A DNA stretch of 64,000 bases, taken from assembly GCA_051294375.1 (NCBI GenBank), contig CM119268.1, positions 21,844,010 to 21,908,009 of the forward strand. The letters run 5' to 3'. The stretch's first letter is position 1. Every line of letters starts with the position of its first letter. The stretch is from Paraspadella gotoi. Taxonomy: Eukaryota; Animalia; Chaetognatha. The notes beneath the pieces are model-generated. The model had not been told where the DNA came from and ran no database searches. It saw only the letters and a list, made by a program, of their open reading frames with translations. Shown here piece after piece: positions 27,849-39,900 of the stretch. The position numbers were made by a program, and so were the translations under genes.

Positions 27849-27912
<64 letters not shown>

Positions 27913-30900
27913 GAAAATGGCGTGGACTCCTTTTCACCCTGAATTTTCCTCTGACGGTTCTCGCCTCCATTATCGAAATGCGTCTTCGTTGTCGACGCGG
28001 ATTTTAGATTCGACGTCGATCCTCGTTCCCAAAATGAGTCCAACTCATCACCATGGCGACGATTCTACTTTGGATCCGACTTATTCTCCTCGACGTCATC
28101 CTTCGTCATTCTCCCATTCTCGGTGTCATCCATTCTCTCCTCCGTCATTCTCCCAATCTTCTCGTCCTCCGGACGTCGTCCCATCATCTTTGCGTCCTCC
28201 GTCCACCCATCGTTCGTCGCCCCTCCATGCCTCTTCTTCCTCGAAGCTTCCTCCAGTGCGACCACAGACTCGAACCTCCTCCGTCCGCAAGGAGAGTCGA
28301 TGCCATCGCCTCAAGCGCTTCGTGGCTTCTCGTCTCTCGCCTCTCTTTCGCGCGGCACCGACTTCGCCCTCGGGACTTCGGAAGAGCACGTCGTCCCCTC
28401 AACTCTCTCGTCCGCCCACTTCCGATTTCGACTCGGGGCCTCGAGGCGTCCAAGTGGAAGCGGAGACGAAGACTCCGTCAAAGTTGTCGACTCTTTTAGA
28501 GGCGGAGGAAAGAGCGGAGTCTCCAGCGATGGAGTTGACAGAGAAAGACTCGATCGTAAACCTCGCTTCATCACCATGGATACCATCAAACAATCACAAT
28601 CGATTGTCTTCTCCACCCAATCATCTTCATCCATCGCCCGAAGTTCGCCCTCCATCGCCGCCCTCGGATTCCCAGTGGCTCGACGAGATGCGCCGCCGCC
28701 TCGAGTCTGACAACTCTCTCGTACTCTCGACGCTGAGTCGACTCTCCAAGTCGCTCGACGACGTCGCGCTGCGGTCGGGACGGTCGAGGTGCTTTGGATC
28801 ATTTCTTCCTTTTCTTTCATGACGTTGTAATTTACTTTACTTTTCTATTACTTTCTCCATTTTTTCTGACCTTTTTCTTTTTTTTTCTGTTTTTTTTTCT
28901 GTTTCTTTCGTCTTCTTTTCTCTTGTATTCGTTTTTCATTTAACATTCCCGCCCGCCTCCATCAGCCTCGACTCCCCCTCCGTCGACGTCCGTCTCGATG
29001 TCGGCATCCGCCTCTCGTGTCGTCGCGACTTCGGCGACGGACGCGCGCGTCTCGCGGAAGTGACGCTCGATGACGAGTTCGTCAATTCCACGCGCATGCG
29101 CCGCGATGCCTCGAGCAACGAAATAGCGAATCTCTCGTCGATTCTCGGCCAAAGTCGATCCCCTCGCGACGACGATTCCAATTCGGTGCCATTAATCGTG
29201 ACCAAAACGAGTTCCTCTGGCTTTTGCGATGGGAGAATCGTCGCCCCTAATCGAGTCGTTTCGCTTCGAACAGAATCTGATCATATTTCGAGCGTAGGTT
29301 TAGGAATCGAGGAGTTACGAGAGTGAGACTTTTTTTTTTTTAAATCATAATTAAAAAAAAAATTAAGTTCACTAATAATATTTTAAACTTTCCCCTCCGA
29401 CAGGAATTTGGATTCAAGGCCGACATGTTGTTGTCATGGCTACAGAGTCAAGAGGCTAAAATCGCCGCCGCGTCCCCTCCCTCGCTCAAAGTTGACAAAG
29501 TAGAAAAAGTAAGGGGATATGCTGTTAATATAAATTAACAAAATCATGTTAATACATAATTTATCATTCCTTCGTATCAGCAAATGGCGGAGGCGACCGC
29601 CTGGCAAAACGACTTCGCCAAACGCGCCCGCGACAAGGAGGCGCTGACGGCGTCGTTGAAGGCGCTGCTGGAAGAGGGCGGCGCCACGGAGAACGCTGAC
29701 GAGGTGAAGCAGCGTCTCGAAGACGTCGAGTCGCTGTGGAACGAGCTTGAGGGGACGGTCAAGGTCAGAGGATGCTTAGTTTTGATTTATTTAAAAAAGG
29801 TCATGACTTATCTTCATGAACTTTATGAATTTGTCATCCCAGGATCGCGCCCAGATGCTGGAAGACACGAACCAGCGTCTCGGCGAGTTCAACGACATCC
29901 TCGGCGACTGCAAAAACTCGTTGGCCAAATGCGAGGCCAAGATGGAGACCATCCTGGAGGATCCTGGCAAAGACGCTGCTGCCAAGTTGGAGAAACTCAA
30001 AGGCGTCGGCGCGGAGCTGAAAGAGATCGGCGACCAGATCAAGGTGAGTTTGACTTAGAAGTTGTTGCTTCGATAATTGGGGACAGTTGTTCAAGGATGA
30101 TTTACTCTCAGGCGTGCGAGGCGCTCTATGAGGATCTGACGGCGGAATCCGACGCTGAAGACTCTGAGACGGAAGACATCAAGTCTGTCCTCAATGAGCT
30201 GAGGCAACTCTACGCCGACAAGGCCAAGGATCTCGAGGCCAAGACGGAGGAGTTAGAGTCCGGAGCTGAGGTAATAGAGGGGGAGTTTTAAGGCCTTATA
30301 TCCGAGGGGTAAGAAACTGAGAAGGTCCAAGTTATTTCCCTATTCTTTCTTCTCTCCCTCACCCCAAATCTAAAAAAAAAAGGCGGTGAATAAAGTAGGA
30401 AGCAACATCAACTCCATGAGCGCCATGGTGGCGGCGGTGGAGGATCTACTGGAGGCGATGCACCCGTGCGGCCGCGACGAGGAGACCCTCCGGCGACAGC
30501 AAAACGACTTGGAGGGACTCGGCGACCAGTTGGAGGAGAAGAAAAGACTCTTGCAGCAAAACCAAAAGGAGTTGGACGAGTTGATCGAATCTGGATTCGC
30601 CGGCGCACAAACCGAAGCCGCGCAGGCGCAACTCGACGCTCTGAAGGAGAGGCTGGATAGAGTTAAAGGGGAACGGGACTCGAGGAAGGAGCAGCTCGAC
30701 GATGCGGGTGAGTTTAACTTATCCTTTCTTTTATTCTTTTGCCTTCTTCCGGCTTTTCACTTTATCTTCTGTAATTCGCTTCTTCCTAACTCGCTCTCAC
30801 TCTCTCCTCGAAGAGTCGAAACTCGCAACGTTCGCCGACCTGCAGCGTCGCGCGGCGGAGCTCCTTTCCGGTGCCGACGCCGACCTCGCCGCCCAGAAGG

Positions 30901-33900
30901 GCATCTCCAAAGACCCGGCCGTTATCCGGGAGCAGCAGGATGAGTTAAAGGCCTTCGTGGGCGACCGCGTAGAGCCGCTGCAGAAGATCATGAACGAGTT
31001 GACGAAGGTCGGACAGGATTTGGTGGCCTCGGCCGCGCCGGGGGTGGACACGGAGGCGTTGGAGAAAGAGATGGAAGGGGCCAATGAAAAGTGGGCGGCC
31101 TTGCAGCAAAAGGTTGTTGTCAAAGGACATACTTTGTTTTGTATAGATGCTTCTATATCCATAAGATAACCTTAACATTCCTTTACCCATTCTGAAATAC
31201 GAACTGTTAAATATATCTAGCCGTTTGGCCCAAATATTTACATAAATTGTTATTATTATGAATATAATCTAGACTTTAATTAAATTCTATCGCCTCCCAT
31301 GAAGGTGTCGGATCGCGATCAAAGTCTCGACGCCGCCCTCTTGCACGCGGGGAAACTGGAGGAGGCGTTGGCCTCCCTCTTGGGCTGGCTCGACGAGACC
31401 GAGGATATGATCGCCAATCAGAAGACGCCCGCCGCCGATTTCAAGGTCCGGAGGGGGGGGGAGAAACTTATTTTTTTTAATTTTCTTCTTCTACTTTTTT
31501 TTTCTCTTTTCCGTTCATCTTTTCTTTTTTTTCACTGTACTCTTAATTCTTCTCTCCTTTTTTTCACTGTACTCTTAATTCTTTTCTTTTCTTTTCTCTT
31601 CTCTTTTCTCTTTTCTTTTCTTTTCTCTTTTTTTTTTTTCTCTTTTCGTTTCTTTTCTTTTTTTTCTTTTTTTCTTTTCTTTTCTCTTTTTTCTCTTCCA
31701 CTGATTTCAAGGTCACGTAAAACCATCTTTTCTCATTTCTATTCTCTTTCTTCTGTTTTATTTCTTTTTTATTTCTTTTTTCCACATTTTTGTCGCCATT
31801 GTTTTTTTTATTATATACGTATATACGTATCTCCTTCTCATCCTGTCTCTTCACTTTTCTTCTCCTCTCTTCTCGCTCTTCTATTTTCTTTATTTTCTTT
31901 TCTCTTCTTTTCTCTCTTTCTCTTAAATCCCGCTCCATCTTCCCCTCCAGGTGGTAAAGGCTCAGTTGCAGGAGCAGAAGTTCCTGCAACGGATGCTCGA
32001 CGATCGCGCCGAGAGCGTGGCCGGACTCAAGGCCACCGCAGCCGAACTCGTCAAGGCAGCCTCGCCCGAAGATCGCGAACAGGTGAGTTGCAACTCTTTG
32101 ATTGATTATTTGACGCTCGTTTGATCGCTTGATTACCTTCCCCCTCAGGTGCAAGCGCAGCTGGACTCGCTGCTCTCCCGCTACGAGGCGCTGCGGTCGG
32201 GCGCCGCTGCCCGCCGCGACGACCTCGAAGACGCCCTTTCCGTCACCAAGGAATTCCACGACAAGATGGAACCGCTGATGCAATGGCTCGACTCTGCGGA
32301 CAAAAAAGTCTCCGGACTGCAACCCATCGCCACCGACGTCAAGGGCATCAAGGTGTGGGGGATTGCGTGCGGATTGAGTGCGGATTGTGGTTTAGTTCAC
32401 GAGTTAAATATTTTTTTCATTTTAGGCCCAAATGGAAGAAAATTCGAATCTCCAGGAAGACTTGGAGTCGCAAAAGCAAAGCTTGGAGGCGGCTTTGGCA
32501 ATCGGCAACGATTTGCTGAAGACCTGCTCCGAGGAGGACCGACCCGTCCTCGAGGAGAAGCTCAAGAACATTCGAGAGAGATACGACAACCTCAACGCCA
32601 AAGTCGGTGGGTACCGAGTGATTGAATACCAGTGCTGGGTGTGGGTTGGTACCGGGGTATCATACCGGGATGCACTTGGCTTTGAAGTCGGAATATGATG
32701 AATTATATACTGAATTCTCTCAATTACTCCTTTAATCTTTGTTGCCTTTTCTCCGCTCCTTTTCCCCGCTCCTTTATCCTTGTTCCATATTCCCCTTTTT
32801 TCCGATCCTTTTCCCCCTGCTCTTATATCTCTGTTCATTTTTATCCGTTACAGAGGAGCGTGTCCAGGACGAGCACTCGGCGCTGCCGTGCGCGGAGCGG
32901 TTCGAGGCGGCCCTGGCCAGCATCTCGGCGGAGATGCCGTCGATAGAGGAAGCCATCTTCCAGGACCTGGAGTCGGCGACGACGGGGGAGATCGGATCGG
33001 GAGACCCCAAGGAGGAGGAGGCCAAGTTGGAGGAGCTCGAGAGACAACTCGAGGGGCAACTCAAGGTCAGGGAGAAGGGGGTTCTGTTATTGTGATTATA
33101 TAAATTTATAATTTAAAGTCAACTGACCTAAGTTTATAACTTTCTCTGTATGGTGGAAAAAAACAACAAAACCTTCGCCGCGTAAAATTGACGACATAAT
33201 CTATTAAGATCTATTACAATACTTACTAAATATACATTACTATACTATACAATACTTATTATCTATACATTTATAAACTTTCTAATAATTTATTTTAATG
33301 ATTAATGCTAGGAATATCTTTTTTCTTCGATGGACGGGAGTCTGACAGAGGTTCGGACCTCAGAGTCCCCGTAGTCTTCTCCGCCGCCAGTGAAGCCTCC
33401 GTCAAAGCCTCCGTCAAAACCGCCGTCAAAGCCTCCGTCAAAGCGTCCCTCGTCGGCACGGTCGCTTCCACGTTTGTCGTCCTCTTGGTCTCCGCGGTCG
33501 TTGATGTCGACGTGTTCGTTGATGTGGACGTGGACTTGGTCGTTGATGTGGTCGTCGCGGCGGTCGTCGCTTCTGTCCTTGTGATCGTCTCGTCGGTCGT
33601 TGCCGCTGCCTCTATCGTTCCCGCTGCCTCTGTCGTTCCCGCTGCCTCTGTCGTTGCCGCGGTCTTCGCTGCCGCCGTATTCGCCGCCATTTTCGAACCC
33701 ATTTTCGCCGCTATTCCTAATTTTTCCCGCTTTCAACGAATTCCTGTATCGTTCTTCCAGTTGCTGAGCAGGACAAAAAATGTTTGGTACATAACGGGGC
33801 TAATGGCTATTGACTAAACATTAATATTGCTCATTAGAGTTAAAATATTCATAGAACTAGTGATTAAAAAGTAGGGAGAAAACCAGGAAGCTCTTCTTGA

Positions 33901-36900
33901 GATTCAAGTAGTCTCTGCGATTTTGTTTGGCCGTGTCTTCCAGTCTTTCCTTTTCCTCTTTGTCTCTCGCTGCTTTGGCTCGCCACATTCCCAGCTCTCC
34001 CCTTAAAGCTTCGTTTTTGCTCGTCTNNNNNNNNNNATCGAAAGGTGTTAAGTTTATTTGAGTAGTTAGAGCAAATAGCCGGAAGTTCCTTACCCTGACG
34101 GTTCGCTGCGCTGCGGCGAGCTTCTCCGCCTCCTGGGGACCAGGCAGCCTCTTGATGGCGCGCTCCTGTTCCCCGATGAGCCGCTCCAAGTCCTCGATGG
34201 CTCTCTCCTTCTTCTCCACTTGATCAGTCTTCTCCATCAATCTAACGGTCAAAGTGTCGATCCGTTCTATTAACTCCTTGGTGGACGGATCGGTCGCTTC
34301 CAGGATGCGGAATCTATGATGAGAATGCGTTCGGAATTTGACAAAAGGGCAATTCAATCGACTCAACACCTTCGCCTCAAACCTGTGCAGATTCTGCGGC
34401 CTCTCCGCCTCCTCCTCTAATCTCTTGTTTTTCAAGATTTCCGACTCCAACTCCGCGGCCAGTCTGCAGTTCTCCCTGTGCAGACTGTCGCGATCCGCGC
34501 ATCGATCCGACAACAGCTTCTTCTTCCTCTCCAACTCCTTCAACTCCCTGGAGAGGATTTTGATCTCGTTGACGCGGGAGTTGTAGTGCACCTCCCCGCA
34601 CCCCATTCGAGTGTTCTGCAGCTTCAGCTTTTCGTTGAGGCAGGCCATCTCGTCGTTTCGTCGTACGAGCTGCGTGCCCACCAGATCACGCTCGCTGCGC
34701 GAAAACGAGCGCGAGTTAAGATTAGTCAGGGATGAGGGTCGAGTAGAAGTCTTTTTGTAGAATATTTGACTCACGCCTGCAGTCGGTCAAACTCCTTTTT
34801 TGTTCTCACTCTTTCAACTTCTTTTTCGTCGAGCAGTTTTTGGGCGAATTTGAAACTGGCCTCTGACGCCTAATTTTTTGATTGGGTGCGAAAAAATAGG
34901 AAAATAAAAACCAAATAAGGTATCTTGACTTAGTTTTCTAAAATATAATAATTTTCCAAAAATGATTTGTTTATTATTCATTTATGCTCAGGATAGTTCA
35001 CCTTAAGTTTCCCTTCTATCTCTTCCACAACGATCTTCAGTTTGTTGACTTCGCTTTGTACTCGGTTTTTGGCCTCCTCGACTTGTCGCAGCTGAAACTC
35101 CAGATCGTCTTTTTTATTGTGCGCGCGGATGAGTTCCCCCTTTAGTTGCTCGCACTCGTGATTCAAAAGCTAGAAATTGTGTGAGCGTTGTTTAATGGTT
35201 ATTCGGCATCAAATCGGCCAAAAAAGAGATGTTTACTTCGTTCTTCCTCTCGCTCGCTGCCAGATTCGTCTTCGTCTCCATGAGACTCTTGGCGTACTCA
35301 TTCTTCTCTTGTCGCATCACTTGGTAAAGGTTGTCCTGCTGCCTCATCTTCGTCTCGTCTTGTAGCACTTGCTTTTTATAGTCGAATATCTGCAACTCTT
35401 GCTTTTTAGCATTTTCCAACTCTTTCATGATGCGAGTGTCCTTGTCACCATTTTGTACGATCAATCTAAAAGAGATTGCTAATAATTGTTTTGCTTTTCT
35501 ATATGCCATTCCTGCCATGTTTTACTTAGTTTTTCGTCTTTTAGTTCGCGGGGTTTCACCTGTCCCTGTCCTTTTCAATGGCATGGATGGCCAATTTGGT
35601 CTTTTTCATTTCCCCTTTCATCCTTTCTAATTCTTTGTCCATTTCTTTCTTTGTCTGTGCGTTCATCTTGATGATTCCCTGCAGCTTAAGGAGGGTCGCT
35701 AATTCGAGAAAAATAGAGTGATTTAAGTATTTCTTATTCTATTAAATTGACTAAGGGTATTTCTAGTGCCCTCCCCCCTCCAAAAAAAAATTATGCTCAA
35801 AATGCTCACAAAATTAAAAGAGAATTATACCGTCCAACTTTTGCATAGCGTTGTTCATCTTGTCTCTCTCTCTCCTCATGTCTCCGTTCTCCTTCTCCAT
35901 CCTCTCGTTCTCTCTCTTTGCTTTCTCAACGTCGCCGTTGAGTTTCCCGATCTTCGCGTTCAACATCTCCCTTTCCTTCTGGAGATTGTCCAAAGACTCC
36001 TCGGCGGATTGGAGTCTTTTTATCATCGTGTCGTTGCTCTGGAAGAAGAGAGGGGGTTGCGGAAGATCGGTGGATGTTGAAAAACGTTGGATGTGGAGAT
36101 TGTGGATGCGGGTGATTGTGGTGGTGGGAGTTGTTGGATGTCGAATATCCATGGATGCGATCAGGAGAAAGAAAGAGAAAAATCTAGCTCTGACTGACTC
36201 ACCTTTTTCAATCTGGAGATGTCGCTCCGCATGTTGTGCATCTCTTCTCCGGCGCTTTTGAGTCGATTGTGAAGATTCTCCACTTCTGCTCTCGTGTCGG
36301 AATTCTCGGTTCTCAGTCCGTCGATCTCGACCTGAGGATAGAAATTATCTGTATGTCAAACATTTTTACAATTTCTCTTCCTCCTCCCCCCACCCAAGGG
36401 TCAACCTGCATTTGATTCATCCTTTCTTTAAGATTCTTTTCCTCCTTTTTATTCAGTTCGATCGTGACTCTCAAATTCCTTATATCATCGTCTTTCGACC
36501 TGACCGTGTCCTGGAATGAAAGTAAGGCGAGAGTTCTGGTCATTTATTTCAATAAGTTTATATTTGTACTTCATTTGACCATAATTTTGATATTTCCCTA
36601 TTCCGTCTCTCACAATCTCTTTCTCGAGTTTGGCGGTGATGTTTTTGAGCGCGTCCTCCGTCGCCGTCAGGGTCTCCTTAGTCTCATGCAGTTCATTCTC
36701 GATTCTCTCGCGCTTCCGCGTGTCGCGCATCATCTCGTTTTTCATAACTTGGATGTCTTGTTCCAACTGGGAGTTGGAAGCGAGGAGGGCCAAGTGAATA
36801 AATGCTCATAATTAGAGGCACTTGAGACTGATTTAATTATTTAACCAAAAAATTAAACAGAAATCATTATTTGCATCTCACTCACATTATTGATGGCGGC

Positions 36901-39900
36901 GTCATCAACGTCCTTGGCTTCTTGCAACTGGTCGATGGTCTCCTGGTTTTCAGCGACGGTGGTTCTCAGTTTTTCGATCTCGATGTCTTTGATCATAATG
37001 AGATCCTTCAACTCGTCCATCTCCTCCAGGATCGCCGAGACTTGTCCGCCTCCTGAGCTCTGACCGCCTCCCGCGCCGCTCTCTGCCATCTTGCTCAGCG
37101 AAATGATTTCTGAAAGAAAATGAATTGAGTTGGCATCCATATATGATNNNNNNNNNNAAAATGAATTGAGTTGGCATCCGTATATGATTTCGTGAATACG
37201 TATTTCAAAACTAATAATGACACTCGCCTCCTTTGAGCGACTGAATAGTTTCCCTCGCCCGACAATTCTGGTCCTGCGCGATGTCCGACGCCTTCCACGC
37301 TTTGTCGATCTCCGCCTTAAGTTGCCCGATCACGTTCTGGTCTTCCTGCGACAACTTGAGGGCATCCTTGACTTTTGAAGAGTTGAGGACGATTTCCTTG
37401 TTGAGGTCGCGACACGTCAGCATCAGCCTGTTGGTTGGAATGATGTCGATGATGTTTATCGTCCACGCCCTTCTTTCCCCCATCCCACCTTTTCTCGTTG
37501 TTTTGAGAGGCGATTAGAGCTTTTTGCATTTTGACCAAGAGGTCCTTGAGCGAGTAGACTGAGCATCCTTCGCCACCGACGAGCTTTTCTAGAGTTTCCT
37601 TCAACTCGACCTCCAGACGCACGTGAGGCTCCAACTCTGGCGGAACCTCTTCCGTTTGCTACGTCGCATGAAAAAAGATATCAGTTTTTAGGATTTTATT
37701 TTTTAGTATTTCATGTTATTTATAGATTTTTAAATTGACTCACGCTCGTGTCCTTAAAACCCGATTCCATCTTGTTAACTTTTTTTGAAAAATAAACGTT
37801 TGTCTAAAAGTTTTCTAAAATCTAAGAAATCTTGATGAAATTGTAAAAGGCAAAACTGCCGCGGTTAAATTGGCTCAAAACTAACGATGACAAACTGGTT
37901 GACTATTTTTTTTTTTCTGGCGAATACCAAGTAGTTTCTGGTTATAAAGAATTTGTAAAGATCAAGATTACTGCAACTTTTGATAAATTTTTTAATTGAA
38001 TTGAAAAAAATGGTAAAATAATATTCCCATTGCTTCTCTATCCTGACCCATTAGGTTCTGGAGCAGCTTTCCCAGGACGGCCGAGCGTTGAGTCAGTTGT
38101 CTGGCGGAGACGAGGCTTCGGCCGTCGAGGCCAAGATCGCCGAGACGAAGAAAAGGCTGCAAAATGCAAAGGATGGATTTCAGAAGAGAAAAGACAAGTT
38201 CAAACTGCAGAGGGAAAAGTCTATGGTAAGTATAAAAGGCCCCGTTAGTGAAAACCAATTGATAAATTAAATTGCGGTGGATTAAAAAAGGCAGACGGTC
38301 TCTGTGATGTTCAGTGTAGAGGCGTTAAAATCGTCATTGGTCAGTCAGTCCTCCCCTCTCCTATCCTCTCCGCAGGAGGCGATCAATGCTCTCGACGACC
38401 TGTTGGACTGGATGTCGACGGCGGCGCGGGCGTTGGAGGAGGCGGATCCCATCGCCGCCGGACCGGATGCCGTCAAGGACCAATTGGCGGCGCAGAAGGA
38501 GGCCAACGAAGAGATCCTCTTGCAACGCGCCCGCGCCAAAGACGCGTTGGCCAATGCCAAGAAGATTCTCCGGGAAAACGTTGGCGGTGAGAGAATGGGT
38601 CATGGGACAGGAGTCACAGATTGCTCTTGCGTGATGATAATTTTTCGTGCACATGCGTTGTCTTTTGATTCAGGGATATCCCGTCCCTTTCTCGGTAAGA
38701 ATTTCTCTCTCTCCTCTATCTATTTCATCATTTTCAATTTTTGGGTAGTCAGTCTATTACTTCCCTTTTGCCCTTCGCCGGAATAAGTTTAATCTCGATT
38801 GAAATTAAAGAACGATGAAAATCAGAAATATACTAAACCTGACGGATTAGTCGATTTTGAAAACTCATTAAATGGTTATTGTTAGTTACAAGTAGCCCGG
38901 TTTTCATTGTACGGTCATTGTCCCTCTAAACTTATGTAGCAAAAATTTGTTTGCTAATAATAGTATTTATAGTTTTAAATAATACCGCCATTTTTAGTAA
39001 GTAATAGGGTCCGAGTAGAAACTTGTTTCAACAATAGTGCTTTTTATATAATTCAAGAATACGGAAGCGAAATTTAAATATCTGCTTAAATCCATATATG
39101 CTACGTGTAAATCGCTCGCCAGTTTATACGCAAAATGTTATGGCAGAGATTTGGTCATAATTTGACATTTTACTCTTTTTAGAAAAGCTTATAACCATCG
39201 AGATCAAATTCCCCTCTTCATTTCTTTCGGGTCAAAAGTTGCTCTTTTGTCTTTTCCCTCGCCATTCATTTCCATTTTCTTTTTCTCGCCGCCAGGAGGC
39301 AACGACACGCAGAATGAGCTCAGGTCGAAGATGGAGGCGCTGAAATCGGTCGGCGACGCGTTGGCCGTCGCCTCTGCCGCCAGGATATCCGACTTGGAGG
39401 AGGCCAAGCAGTTGGCGGCGCTGGTGGAGGAGACTCACGCCGATCTGGACAAGTGGCTGGGTCAGTATGGGGAGATCTTTGTGGGATGTGGGTTTTTTTT
39501 TTCCGTATCCTATTTTTCCTTTTTTCCAACTTCCTTTTTCATTTTCCACCCCACAACAGGCGCGGCGGAGGCGGAGCTCCTCGCCCTGGAGTCGCTCCCG
39601 CCCGCCCTGAAGCCCGAACAGATCCGGAAGCAGCAGGAGGCCTTCAAGGCGCTGCAGCAGTCGGTGGCCGAGCACAAGCCTCTCCTCGACAAGCTGGTCA
39701 AGGCGGGCGGGGCCTTGATGAAGCTCGTGGGCAACGAGGACGGGAAGGCTCTGGCCGCCCTCGTCGACCGAGATGTGGACCGTTTCGAAAATGTCAAGGT
39801 GGGTCGCGGAAGGTTGGAGGAGTTTAGAGGATTTGAAGAGATGAAGAGTGAGGGCTGTGGGCGTTTTCTTTACAACCTTTTTTATATTAGGAATTGTTTG

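Noticed and set aside
33295-33817. Overlapping Val/Ala-rich plus-strand ORF and Thr/Ala-rich mucin-like minus-strand ORF
   Set aside because: Alternative frames of the repetitive CFAP58 last exon; only the frame ending at 33308 matches the splice phase and the GFTGGG motif.
37117-37190. Direct repeat of about 30 bp flanking an N gap
   Set aside because: Probably an assembly overlap or a collapsed tandem repeat at a gap, not interpretable as a target-site duplication.
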